Part shown: piece by piece, positions 10,948-20,879 of the stretch
Layout of the letters: every line of letters begins with the position of its first letter
How positions within the stretch are numbered: position 1 is the first letter of the stretch
Source: Bdellovibrionales bacterium
Lineage (GTDB): Bacteria > Bdellovibrionota > Bdellovibrionia > Bdellovibrionales > UBA1609
NCBI GenBank assembly: GCA_965200875.1
Contig: OZ241456.1
Coordinates: 1,632,001-1,696,000 of the forward strand
Direction of reading: 5' to 3'
DNA: 64,000 bases
Made by a program: the position numbers and the translations under genes
Notes under the pieces: model-generated
Told to the model about the DNA's origin: nothing
Database searches by the model: none
The model's input: the letters and a program-made list of their open reading frames with translations, nothing else

Positions 10948-12543
10948 CTATTCTTCATTATCTTCTACATTGTTTTCTGCATATTCGTTATCTAGGTTAT
11001 TCAATTTACTGTATTCATCAAAGCTTTGCAGAGCATCTAAATCTGGATCCTCGGCCAGCGGATCATTTTCGTTTTGGGGGCTTTGATTTTTTGGTGTTTT
11101 CTCTTGGTTATCATCCAGAGCTGAAAGAGGTGCTGGAGCCAGATCGTGCTCTTCTTCATTATCTAACAGCTGATTCAGTTTTTTTGTAATAAGCTTTTTG
11201 GATAATTCAGGCACTACTTGCCACACAGCTTTTTCCGCTATTTTCTGAATGATTCCCTGACTGCTTTGATCAAAAAGCGACTTTAACTGTGTTGTGACTT
11301 CTTTTTCAATTTGCTCTTTTTCCCACTGTTTAATATCTGTGATGATCTGATTTTTTAACTGAGTGATATCTTCATCAGGTAACATTTTTAAAGGCACACT
11401 TTTTGGTTTGAAGGCAGATATTTTTTTATCAGAAGAAGGTGGTGAACCTTCTGGAGTGTTCAGAATTTTTACATCGTCTTGCTTTGTTTTTTCTGCATTG
11501 GGGTTTTCAATCGTATTATGTGCAGGTTGATAGAGTATTTGATCAGACTGTTTTTTGTCATCTATCTGTGTTTCTCTAAGTCTTTCTTCGAGTTTGGTGA
11601 TATTGGTACCGGTAACAGGTTTAATACCTCCTGAAGTGGAATCTGAAGTGGGGGGGGAGGCAGGAGGGGCAGAAGAGGAGGCAGGAGGGGCAGAGGCAAC
11701 AGGGGCAGAAGGGACAGCAGGGGCAGAGGGTTGAGACACTTGACTGAAAACAGGAGCTTTTACGGGCGTTGAACTTTGCTCCGGGGCTGGTTCAAACTCC
11801 GGTGCTGTTTCAAACTTTGGTGCTGGTGGTGCTGGTTCAGAATCGGGTATGGTGAAATTGACATTGGTGATGGGTTTTATGCCTTCTTCTTCAGAGGGCC
11901 GATGTTCGGAGGGCTGATGAGGTGCTTGACTGAAAACAGGAGCTTTTACAGGTATTGAACTTTGTTCACTTTTAGCTTCAGTGAATTCAGCAACAGGCTT
12001 TATACCCCCTGGCTTTATACCCCCTGGCTTTATACCCCCTGGCTTTATACTTCCTGCCGGTGGTTGCTGAGTGCTTTGCATTGTATAGAGGCTATCTTGC
12101 TGAATATTTACTGTTTTTTCAGACTGATCACCTTTAGCTTCCACAAAATCAGGAATAGGTGGAAATTTTAAATGTTTGTTTAGTATATTTCTTTTTGCCT
12201 TTGGCACAAAGCGAGTGACCAAGTTTCGCAGTTTATCCGCTGAAATAGGCTTTTGCAAAAAATCCCGCGCGGAGCTGGCTTGTAAAGCTTCCGGGTTTAA
12301 CTCTGTTTTTGCCATTAAAATAACAGGAATATTTTTAAATCTCTCATCACCCAATTGTTTTTTTATATCCTGTGAAAAAGTGAAGTCTATAAATATGATA
12401 TCAGGTTTATTATATTGTATTTTTTCCACCAGCTTGGAAGTATCGTCTATTCTATGTACTGTTGGTCTATAATGGTACAAAACATGATGAAAAATCTTTT
12501 GAACAACAGGAGATGAGTCGTATAAAATAATTTCAATTCCCAT
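10948..12543 (-). CDS. romR: RomR-like response regulator
   Basis: N-terminal receiver, Pro/Ser-rich linker, C-terminal IAEKAVWQVVPELSKKLI helix and acidic tail. Confidence 0.72.
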   Translation of the reverse strand: MGIEIILYDSSPVVQKIFHHVLYHYRPTVHRIDDTSKLVEKIQYNKPDIIFIDFTFSQDIKKQLGDERFKNIPVILMAKTELNPEALQASSARDFLQKPISADKLRNLVTRFVPKAKRNILNKHLKFPPIPDFVEAKGDQSEKTVNIQQDSLYTMQSTQQPPAGSIKPGGIKPGGIKPGGIKPVAEFTEAKSEQSSIPVKAPVFSQAPHQPSEHRPSEEEGIKPITNVNFTIPDSEPAPPAPKFETAPEFEPAPEQSSTPVKAPVFSQVSQPSAPAVPSAPVASAPPASSSAPPASPPTSDSTSGGIKPVTGTNITKLEERLRETQIDDKKQSDQILYQPAHNTIENPNAEKTKQDDVKILNTPEGSPPSSDKKISAFKPKSVPLKMLPDEDITQLKNQIITDIKQWEKEQIEKEVTTQLKSLFDQSSQGIIQKIAEKAVWQVVPELSKKLITKKLNQLLDNEEEHDLAPAPLSALDDNQEKTPKNQSPQNENDPLAEDPDLDALQSFDEYSKLNNLDNEYAENNVEDNEE

Positions 12544-12760
12544 AACTTTAAAGATATAAACTGTTTTTGCTTGATTGAGTCAAGAAGTTTAAACAAGTGG
12601 ATTATGAAAAAACGAGTTATATATGAAAAAAGCTTGTAATTTTGAGCAGGTGTCATTTGGTGACACTTTTTTGAAAAAACAAGCAGATATTTAAAACTCT
12701 CTAAAAAAGTGACTTCTTGAGTATTTCCTGATAAATGTTTTTAAGGGAGGAAGTCTGATT

Positions 12761-13360
12761 ATGGCTGTATTGAAAATCTTGAAATTTCCCAATCCGTGTC
12801 TAAGACGCAAATGCGCTCCTATTAAGAAAATAACAGATGATTTGGTAAAATTAGCTGATGATATGCTGGAAACCATGTATGCCTCTCATGGAATAGGGCT
12901 TTCTGCCATTCAGGTTAATCATTTTGTGCGGGTTTTAACGGCAGATACACGGGCACTTTATTCCAGTGGCAGTGAACGATATGAAAGTGTGGAAATAGGA
13001 AAGTATGAAAAATCAGTTGCCCAGCCCGTAGTTTTGTTTAACCCTGAAATACTCAGTCAGTCCGGGAAGATTCTTTTTAGGGAAGGATGTTTGAGTTTTC
13101 CTTCTTATTACGCGGAAGTGAAACGATCTGCCTTAATTGAAGTGCGAGGTATAAATAAATTCGGAAAAACAGTTTTAATAAAAACAGACGGAGTGCTGGC
13201 TGTTTGTATTCAGCATGAGATAGATCATTTGAACGGGAAATTGTTTATAGATCACTTAAGCCTTGTTAAAGCGGATCGTCTTCGTGCTCAAATAAAAAAA
13301 TATGGCTACCCTGCGCCAGATGACCCAGATTCAGATAAACAAAAAGAAGATATATTGTGA
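12761..13360 (+). CDS. def: Peptide deformylase
   Basis: GIGLSAIQ, EGCLS, QHEIDHLNG. Confidence 0.96.
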   Translation: MAVLKILKFPNPCLRRKCAPIKKITDDLVKLADDMLETMYASHGIGLSAIQVNHFVRVLTADTRALYSSGSERYESVEIGKYEKSVAQPVVLFNPEILSQSGKILFREGCLSFPSYYAEVKRSALIEVRGINKFGKTVLIKTDGVLAVCIQHEIDHLNGKLFIDHLSLVKADRLRAQIKKYGYPAPDDPDSDKQKEDIL

Positions 13361-14367
13361 AGCACCAAGTTTTTTCTGTTATATTTTTAGGCACAGATGA
13401 CATATCTCTTCAGGGTTTGAATCATCTGTTGCGACATCCTGAGTTTGAAGTAAAAGGAATTGTTACACAAAAGTCGCGCCGGCAAGGAAGAGGGATGCGT
13501 TTTCTGGATTCTGCCGTGGCTCAAAGAGCTAAAGAATTATCCCTTCCTGTATTGACACCAGATAACTTAAAAGATCCGGATTTTTTGTCTCAAGTAAAAA
13601 AATTGCAAGCAAAGTGGCTTGTTTTGATATCTTACGGAAAAATACTTCCTCCGGTTTTGTTATCCATGTTTCCTGAAAGAGCTTTGAATTTTCACGCCAG
13701 CCTGCTTCCCCGCTGGAGGGGATCAGCTCCTATAGAGCGGGCTATTATGGCCGGAGACAAAAAATTAGGCATGAGTTTGCAGGTAATGACTCCTCATTTG
13801 GATACAGGCCCTTTAATAGGAACACGCTCATTTGAAATGAATATGGAAATGGATTCCTCTTATGCTTTTAAAAAAATGACAGATTTGATTCAGGACCTTT
13901 TAACAGATTTACGGGAATACATGAAAGGTCGTCTTACTCCTGTTTTACAGGACGAAACTCAAGTGAGTTATGCTCAAAAAATTGATAAAAAAGAAAGTCG
14001 GATTATATGGAACGAGTCTTCTCTTAAGATTTTTAATAAAATCAGAGCTTTGGTCAAAGGACCTCAAGCTTACACCCTTTACAAGGGAAAAAGAATAAAA
14101 ATTTATAAAGCAAAATGGGATATTGAACACGAAACTTCGCCAAGTTTTCAATCTGACTTTGCTGTTTCCACTTCCAGCACTGAGTTAAAAAATGACACTG
14201 GTTTTTCTCCCGGACAAGTAGTGAAGACAGGTTCTGATCACTTTAAAGTGGCTTGTGGGGATTCCTCTCTTTCTGTTATTCAAGTGCATCCAGAGTCCAA
14301 AAAAATCATGTCTGCTGGAGAGTACATAAGAGGATATAATTTAAAAGAGGGGGATTTTTTTTCTTGA
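13357..14367 (+). CDS. fmt: Methionyl-tRNA formyltransferase
   Basis: NFHASLLPRWRGSAPI, LDTGP; follows def. Confidence 0.95.
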   Translation: MKHQVFSVIFLGTDDISLQGLNHLLRHPEFEVKGIVTQKSRRQGRGMRFLDSAVAQRAKELSLPVLTPDNLKDPDFLSQVKKLQAKWLVLISYGKILPPVLLSMFPERALNFHASLLPRWRGSAPIERAIMAGDKKLGMSLQVMTPHLDTGPLIGTRSFEMNMEMDSSYAFKKMTDLIQDLLTDLREYMKGRLTPVLQDETQVSYAQKIDKKESRIIWNESSLKIFNKIRALVKGPQAYTLYKGKRIKIYKAKWDIEHETSPSFQSDFAVSTSSTELKNDTGFSPGQVVKTGSDHFKVACGDSSLSVIQVHPESKKIMSAGEYIRGYNLKEGDFFS

Positions 14368-15047
14368 ACTGGAAAAAAGAAATAATTTCAAGTAAAAATC
14401 AATTAGTGGCTCCCAGTATTTTATCGGCTGATTTTTCCCGCTTAGGGGAAGAAGCTCAGGCTTTGGAGTCTGCGGGCGCAGATCGACTCCATATTGATGT
14501 AATGGATGGACATTTTGTCCCTAATTTGACTGTAGGAGCTCCCGTGGTGAAAAGTCTAAAAAAAATCACCGCTTTGCCTTTGGATGTTCATTTAATGGTA
14601 AATGAACCAGGAAAAATGATTGCTTTTTTTGCGTCTGCGGGCGCAGACTCCATAACCATCCATATAGAATCCACTAAAAATCCTCGAGAGGTTTTAAACC
14701 AAATTCGCGAGCAAAAAGTATTGGCAGGTTTAACTTTAAAACCTGCCACACCTTTAGAAAAGCTATTCCCTTTTCTGCAGGAACTGGATTTAGTCTTGAT
14801 TATGACTGTTGAACCAGGCTTTGGTGGTCAGGACTTACTGTTGGATCAGGTTTCAAAAATCAAAGCTTTGCAGGAAGAACTGGCCCGGCAAGATCTCAAT
14901 AATGTATCTATTCATGTGGATGGAGGTGTGAATGATAAAGTTTTACATTTGTTATCTCATGCTGATGTGCTGGTTTCCGGAAATTTTATATTTAAACATG
15001 AAAGTAGCTATCAGTCGGCTATTTCTCTCCTCAAAGGAGAAAAGTAG
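14364..15047 (+). CDS. rpe: Ribulose-phosphate 3-epimerase
   Basis: APSILSADF, HIDVMDGHFVPNL, MTVEPGFGGQ, VDGG. Confidence 0.96.
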   Translation: MNWKKEIISSKNQLVAPSILSADFSRLGEEAQALESAGADRLHIDVMDGHFVPNLTVGAPVVKSLKKITALPLDVHLMVNEPGKMIAFFASAGADSITIHIESTKNPREVLNQIREQKVLAGLTLKPATPLEKLFPFLQELDLVLIMTVEPGFGGQDLLLDQVSKIKALQEELARQDLNNVSIHVDGGVNDKVLHLLSHADVLVSGNFIFKHESSYQSAISLLKGEK

Positions 15048-15133
15048 TAAGCTCTTCTTTACGCGCACGAGAAATTTAATTTTTCCCTAGCACTTACTTG
15101 AAATTTTAAACAGAATACAGGAGTATAAATCTT

Positions 15134-16945
15134 ATGAAACCAAAAGAATTTATTAAAGACTTAAAACGCAGTCACTATTGCGGTGATCTTCGGGCTGAAC
15201 ATGCAGAAGAGATAGTGGTGCTTATGGGTTGGGTTAAAAAAATCAGAGATCACGGCGGATTATTGTTTATGGATTTGAGAGACAAAAAGGGATATGTACA
15301 GGTGGTGTTGGATCCTAAAAAAGAGGGTTTGGCAAAAGAAGTCTCCTCTTTTGGTCCGGAAAGTGTGGTGGCCGTTCAGGGTAAAGCATGTATGAGGCCG
15401 AAGGACATGGTGAGCGATAAAACACCAACTGGAGAAGTGGAAGTGGTGGCAAAAAGATGCAAACTGCTTTCCCGGGCAGATACACCACCGTTTGTGGTGG
15501 AAAGTAAAAATGTGTCTGAAAGCCTGAGTTTAAAATACCGCTATTTGGATCTGAGATCCAAGCGCATGCAAAAAAATATTCAGATGGCCCACGAGCTATA
15601 TCAGGAAATTCGAAAGGAGTTAAACCCTAAAGGTTTTATTGAGGTAAACACCCCAGTTTTATATAAGACCACTCCTGAAGGGGCGAGAGATTACCTAGTG
15701 CCTTCCCGTTTGCATCCTGGTTCTTTTTACGCTTTGGTGCAAAGCCCTCAAACTTTAAAGCAGATTTTAATGATCTCTGGAGTGGATCGGTATTTTCAAC
15801 TAGCTCGTTGTTTCCGGGATGAGGATCTGCGCTCTGACCGACAACCCGAGTTTACACAAATTGATATGGAAATGAGTTTCGTCAATGAAGAGGATATTTT
15901 GCAAATCAATACGGATCTATTGAACACATTATGGAAAAAATTCAAAAATCAGAAAGTGGGTGATATTCCTTCCATGTCCTACGAGCAGGCTATGAGGGAA
16001 TATGGGACAGACCGCCCGGACTTACGAAATCCCTTAAAGCTAAAAGATATCAGCCAAGTTGCCCGAGGCTCTGGTTTTGAAGTGCTGGAGAGAGTATTGA
16101 AAAAAAACGGAGTGGTCAGGGCTTTGTCGCTTTCAGGTTTTCAGGAGCATTTTAACACCAGCCGTTTGAAAAAAATCACAAATGAGGTCATCAAGCGAGG
16201 CTTAGGAGGATTGCTTTGGATTAAATCTTCCGAGGAAGGGAAGTTGAAATCCCCTGCGGAAAAATGGATGGATAAAGTCATATTGCAAAAAATTTTTTCA
16301 TCTGCCGGCGGAAGAGAAAATGGAGTTGTTTTGATATTAGCTGGTTCGCCAAGGGAAATCTCCCCTTCCGCAGATTTTTTAATTCGCACATTGGGAAAAG
16401 AAGAAGGTTTAATCAACACGAATCAGGATAAATTTGTGTGGATAAGAGACTTTCCCTTATTGGAATATGATAGTGGAAATCAGAGATGGAAGTCCTGTCA
16501 TCACCCTTTTACAGCACCTTTGGATGCAGATCTGTCTTTGCTTTTAGCGCAAAAGTTGGATGTTCGACCTTTACGGGCCAAAGCATACGATCTGGTTTGC
16601 AATGGCCAGGAGCTTGCAGGTGGCAGTATGCGAATACACAATCAGGAAACACAGTCAGCGATTTTTAAAGCACTGGCCTTGAGTCAGAAAGAATGCCAAG
16701 AAAAGTTTGGCTTTTTTCTGGAAGCACTTCGTTATGGAGTCCCTCCTCATGGTGGAATCGCCTGGGGCTTGGACAGATTGTTAATGCTCCTGAGTGGTAC
16801 GGATAATATAAGGGATGTGATCGCTTTCCCCAAAACCACGAGTGGCCTTTGTTTAATGTCATCCGCTCCTTCCGCTCCTGAAAGAGATCAGCTGTTGGAT
16901 TTGGGTATTCAGCTGATAAAAAAAGACTCAGGGTTGGATAAGTGA
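15134..16945 (+). CDS. aspS: Aspartate--tRNA ligase
   Basis: RDHGG, TPEGARDY, FRDEDLRSDRQPEFTQ, PPHGGIAWGLDRL. Confidence 0.97.
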   Translation: MKPKEFIKDLKRSHYCGDLRAEHAEEIVVLMGWVKKIRDHGGLLFMDLRDKKGYVQVVLDPKKEGLAKEVSSFGPESVVAVQGKACMRPKDMVSDKTPTGEVEVVAKRCKLLSRADTPPFVVESKNVSESLSLKYRYLDLRSKRMQKNIQMAHELYQEIRKELNPKGFIEVNTPVLYKTTPEGARDYLVPSRLHPGSFYALVQSPQTLKQILMISGVDRYFQLARCFRDEDLRSDRQPEFTQIDMEMSFVNEEDILQINTDLLNTLWKKFKNQKVGDIPSMSYEQAMREYGTDRPDLRNPLKLKDISQVARGSGFEVLERVLKKNGVVRALSLSGFQEHFNTSRLKKITNEVIKRGLGGLLWIKSSEEGKLKSPAEKWMDKVILQKIFSSAGGRENGVVLILAGSPREISPSADFLIRTLGKEEGLINTNQDKFVWIRDFPLLEYDSGNQRWKSCHHPFTAPLDADLSLLLAQKLDVRPLRAKAYDLVCNGQELAGGSMRIHNQETQSAIFKALALSQKECQEKFGFFLEALRYGVPPHGGIAWGLDRLLMLLSGTDNIRDVIAFPKTTSGLCLMSSAPSAPERDQLLDLGIQLIKKDSGLDK

Positions 16946-18210
16946 GTGTAAAGGGCTTCAAATAAAAAACCGGTTTTTTCCACCCCGGAAAGCTGATAAA
17001 CACCCATCAGTTTCCTTTCTCCATTGTATTTGCCCAGTACAATCAAATACTCAATACTGAGTACAATCATTTGTCTTATAGTGTAGGTATCCCAGGATGG
17101 AGCACCCATCTGCACCAGCATTTCCAGTCGCCAAAGAGCTTGTTTATGATCTTTGGCGTGAATAGTTCCCAGACTACCACTGTGTCCTGTTGCCAGAGCC
17201 ATAAGCAGATCTTTGGCCTCCGTGCCTCTGGTCTCTCCCATGATTATTCTGTCTGGTCTCATACGCAGGCTTTGTCTGACCAATTCGCTTTGATCAATAT
17301 TCAGGAGAGTGCTTGGACTGTTACTGTTCTCACGGGTCAGAAGTTTTGTACTGAAAGCATTGGGGAGGATAAGCTCACTACTGTCTTCAATAGTTATAAC
17401 TCGCTCTTTTGGGGGGAGGCATTGGAGGCAAGCATTTAATACAGATGTTTTTCCCGAACTGGTAGGACCTGCAATTAAAATATTTGTTTTTTCCTGAAGA
17501 AGTTTTTCAATCAGTTTAATGGCTTTTTCCGGTGCCCATCTCTGATCTTTAAGCCGGGAAAAACTCCACGGGTTACGAGGATGCCTTCTAAAGCTTAAGT
17601 GAAAGTCTGTTTGAACCACCGGTTGCCTAATCACATGGACCCTCCAACCTCTCCAGTTTCCATCCACAAAAGGCTTTTTCAGGCTAAGCACCATATCTGC
17701 TGATTCCAAGATACGGTGAATAAAATTATGAAAGGTGAGTTGGGAGAGGAATGTATCCGGTAAAAGATGAAGGCAGGTTTTTTGCTCGTAAAAAATCTGA
17801 TCTTTCCCGTTGATAATAATTTCTGAAATATCGGCGTTTTGCATAAGTGGCTCAACAGGGCCTAATCCAAAAAACTCTTCTTTGAGACGAGCATGGTACT
17901 GAGGGGGAGAAAGCTTTTCCAGTTTGGCTTTCATGTTGTTTATATAGGATTCTGTTGCCTCCTGCTTAAGAGAGCTTAACCGGGAAAAATCCATCTCTGA
18001 AAGCTCCTGGATTTTTTTAAAAACCCTGGCGAAAGCAAGTTTTAACTCTGGGTTTTCTGCTGGAGCTTCAGGTTGTAGCACCGATGCTTTTACGGGCACT
18101 TCAGGTTGTAGCACCGATGCTTTTACCAGATCTTCAGGTTGTAGCACCGATGCTTTTACGGGCACTTCAGTTTCCTGCACTGATGGTTTTACCAGCTCTT
18201 CAGGTTGCAT
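16909..18210 (-). CDS. cpaF: Tad pilus assembly ATPase CpaF/TadA with N-terminal 11-aa repeats
   Basis: GLGPVEPL, Walker A GPTSSGKT, TIED..EL, LRMRPDRIIMGETRG, TGHSG. Confidence 0.9.
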   Translation of the reverse strand: MQPEELVKPSVQETEVPVKASVLQPEDLVKASVLQPEVPVKASVLQPEAPAENPELKLAFARVFKKIQELSEMDFSRLSSLKQEATESYINNMKAKLEKLSPPQYHARLKEEFFGLGPVEPLMQNADISEIIINGKDQIFYEQKTCLHLLPDTFLSQLTFHNFIHRILESADMVLSLKKPFVDGNWRGWRVHVIRQPVVQTDFHLSFRRHPRNPWSFSRLKDQRWAPEKAIKLIEKLLQEKTNILIAGPTSSGKTSVLNACLQCLPPKERVITIEDSSELILPNAFSTKLLTRENSNSPSTLLNIDQSELVRQSLRMRPDRIIMGETRGTEAKDLLMALATGHSGSLGTIHAKDHKQALWRLEMLVQMGAPSWDTYTIRQMIVLSIEYLIVLGKYNGERKLMGVYQLSGVEKTGFLFEALYTHLSNPESFFIS

Positions 18211-18238
18211 GTATTCTTTCCCCCTGTTTCCGGTTTGT

Positions 18239-19576
18239 TCATGGTGAATTTGCTTTTAACAAAATAGCCGTGATAAAAATATTCAAGCGGGTATGTTCTG
18301 TAATTTTTCCTTTAAAGGAGAGTAGTGGACCAGCTAAAGGCAGGCGAAAAATTTCCGCTGGGGCGGAGCGACTTTTCCCCTTTTGTCGCCGTATCAATTT
18401 GGAAAGCAGGAGACTTTGTCCACTCTTCATGGTTATAGAAGTGGTAATATTGCTACTTTTAAGGGAAGGGGCGGAACGAACAGAATGGGCATGGTCCACT
18501 TCCGAAATATTCGCATGAACCTTGATATTTATTTTATCTGTTTGATCCGCTTTAGCGTTGAAATTCAACCTTATTCCATAAGGTTTCCATTGGATTCCCT
18601 GAGTTCCACTTTCCGGATTAAAATGAGGAATGGGAACTTCTCCTCCAGAATGAAAATAAGACTCCTTTCCACTTTCACCAAGCAAAACTGCTGAGGATAA
18701 AATCTCAGCCTGGCCTTTGTCTTCCATAGCTTTAAAGGTGGAAAGCATATCTTTAAAAAGACTGCCATCCAACAGTCGGTTTATTGTTTTGTCTCCAAAA
18801 TCAATATGAGTTTGAAAAGAATGATTGTTACTACTTTCCACAAGAAGAATTTTTATTTTAATCAAGGGAGGAGTCGGCAGGAGAGAAGGATCAGGTTTGA
18901 CTGTTACGCCAAAGGGTTTTAGTTTTGTTTGGTACAGGTTTTTCAGAGAATCCTCATCAGGAACAAGAGCCGTCAAAGGTTTTTCCCAAAGCAGGACAGG
19001 ATGAAAAAGGCTTCCGATATTTTTGTAAATATATTCCTTTAGTTTAAGGCGCAAAGAAGGTGCTACTTCTGCTGAAAACCGATAGTTCAGATTAAGAGAC
19101 CTTGCCACTCGGGCAAGATCTCCAAAATCTTTTTCCCGGTAAAGGTGACCTTGAATATGAATATGGTCTTTTATAAATCGCGCTCTAAGGCCCATGCGAT
19201 TAGAAAGAAACTCATTTATAGCCATCAGGTTTTTCTTTTGCTCTTCGCTCAAAACATGAATGTGGTATAAACGGGAATCCAAACTTAAAAGCACCTCCCC
19301 TTCTTTTTTAGCACGAACAATTACAGCAGAACCTTTATCCTGAACAGAAACAATACCTGGTTTGCTCAACCATATTTTTTCAAAAAAAGGACTAAAAAGT
19401 TGAGTCATTTCTCCTCTTTCCAAGAGGAGAGTTTGCTTTTTTTCTGCGGGTTCTTTCGCAAAAGCTGTTGAAAATAAAATTGATTGGTTTTTACCTTTTA
19501 AAGAAAGCAAAAACGAACCAGCTATTTCAAGCGGAAGAATAATCATGGCAAACAAAAAAAGGCATAAATATTTCAT
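18239..19576 (-). CDS. cpaC: Tad secretin CpaC/RcpA
   Basis: FHSGGEVPI, WKPYGIRL, LPLAGPLLS secretin motifs; upstream of cpaF. Confidence 0.82.
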   Translation of the reverse strand: MKYLCLFLFAMIILPLEIAGSFLLSLKGKNQSILFSTAFAKEPAEKKQTLLLERGEMTQLFSPFFEKIWLSKPGIVSVQDKGSAVIVRAKKEGEVLLSLDSRLYHIHVLSEEQKKNLMAINEFLSNRMGLRARFIKDHIHIQGHLYREKDFGDLARVARSLNLNYRFSAEVAPSLRLKLKEYIYKNIGSLFHPVLLWEKPLTALVPDEDSLKNLYQTKLKPFGVTVKPDPSLLPTPPLIKIKILLVESSNNHSFQTHIDFGDKTINRLLDGSLFKDMLSTFKAMEDKGQAEILSSAVLLGESGKESYFHSGGEVPIPHFNPESGTQGIQWKPYGIRLNFNAKADQTDKINIKVHANISEVDHAHSVRSAPSLKSSNITTSITMKSGQSLLLSKLIRRQKGKSRSAPAEIFRLPLAGPLLSFKGKITEHTRLNIFITAILLKANSP

Positions 19577-19587
19577 CAATAATCGTT

Positions 19588-19604
19588 ATGCAAACTTCGT
19601 GCCA
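19588..19604 (-). promoter_or_regulatory. Sigma-54 (-24/-12) promoter of cpaC-cpaF
   Basis: Minus strand TGGCACGAAGTTTGCAT matches TGGCAC-N5-TTGCW exactly. Confidence 0.78.
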
Positions 19605-19657
19605 TTTTCTATTTTTGGAAGTTGTATTGGCGAACTTTCAAATTATTTATCCAATAA

Positions 19658-19695
19658 TATCAATAAATTAAAATTTTTTCGATAAAGTGTTGATA
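19658..19695. promoter_or_regulatory. Two IHF-consensus sites
   Basis: TATCAATAAATTA (+, 19658-19670) and TATCAACACTTTA (-, 19683-19695) match WATCAANNNNTTR, upstream of the sigma-54 promoter. Confidence 0.55.
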
Positions 19696-19777
19696 CTTAC
19701 ACTTTCTTTTATCCAGCTTCTCTTTTGGTATCCTGCCCCTGAAAAACGCAACATAAAAAAACGGATTGACACACAGA

Positions 19778-19806
19778 TTGACAAAATTACTGCAACTCCG
19801 TATAAT
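19778..19806 (+). promoter_or_regulatory. Consensus sigma-70 promoter
   Basis: TTGACA-N17-TATAAT upstream of ORF 19842. Confidence 0.75.
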
Positions 19807-19841
19807 TTCACAAATATCAAAAAACTTCCAAGTAACAAAGG

Positions 19842-20336
19842 GTGAAGATGTTAAACTTAAAAAAAATTATTAAACCAATCTCACTTTTTTTATTCAGCAT
19901 TTTTTCCGTTTTTTGTGTCACTGAAGGAAACGGAACAGGAGTTTCCTCTTTTGAGGACATACTTCCGGCAGGAACTCGTATGGTGATCCCGACAGAAATC
20001 ATGCAGGAATATCAGTTCGTCTCGAAAAAATGGGGGCATCCCTTCAATTATTTATCTCATTACTATTCCAGCCTCGGCCCTTCCACTCTCCATAAGGACC
20101 AGCACACCTATTATATTCCCTTAAGCCGAGAGGACAAACAAAACACAGAGCAACCAATCAGCAAAAAAGCAGTGATGGTGGATCTGATGAATGTGAAAAT
20201 GAATGAGGAAGGTACTGTTTTTACAGCTGTCAGGGATAGTTATATTATACAATGGAAAAATGTTTTTATTGCTATTGTTGATATCCCTGCTTGGAATCAG
20301 GCTGTTCATCCCTCTTTGCTCACAACCGATAAATAA
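19842..20336 (+). CDS. Hypothetical secreted protein
   Basis: Signal-like N-terminus; about 94-aa segment nearly identical to the next ORF. Confidence 0.65.
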   Translation: MKMLNLKKIIKPISLFLFSIFSVFCVTEGNGTGVSSFEDILPAGTRMVIPTEIMQEYQFVSKKWGHPFNYLSHYYSSLGPSTLHKDQHTYYIPLSREDKQNTEQPISKKAVMVDLMNVKMNEEGTVFTAVRDSYIIQWKNVFIAIVDIPAWNQAVHPSLLTTDK

Positions 20337-20879
20337 AAATATCCACAACCACTTGTAGTCAAAATGATACTTTTCTTCGTCTGTATAATTCGCTTTATGT
20401 ATTTCCGATTTGAAATTTTGATAAATGGAAAAAGCAGGTCTTCTGAGACTCTTTCATATATTGATAGTATGAAGTATTTTGAGGGCCTTCCAAATTTAAA
20501 GTTGATTGAGTTTAAAAAATTTTGTTTTTCTGCGTTTATTTTTCTTCTGCTCTTCTTTTTTTCCATCGAAAACCACGCAGAACCTATCGCCAAATTTTCC
20601 TCTTTTGAGGACATACTTCCGGCAGGAACTCGTATGGTGATCCCGACAGAAATCATGCAGGAATATCAGTTCGTCTCGAAAAAATGGGGGCATCCTTTCA
20701 ATTATTTATCCCATTACTATTCCAGCCTCGGCCCTTCCACTCTCCATAAGGACCAGCACACCTATTATATTCCCTTAAGCCGAGAGGAGGACAAACAAAA
20801 CACAGAGCAACCAGTCAGCAGAACAGTAATGGTGGATCTGATGAATGTGAAAATGAATGAGGAAAGTACTGTTTTTACA
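19942..20879 (+). repeat. 284-bp near-identical direct repeat (19942-20225 and 20596-20879)
   Basis: Both copies encode SSFEDILPAGTRMVIPTE...TVFT; few substitutions and two 3-bp indels. Confidence 0.93.

Noticed and set aside
19942..20879. Diversity-generating retroelement TR/VR pair
   Set aside because: Differences include C/T changes and codon indels rather than adenine-specific substitutions; no reverse transcriptase in the window
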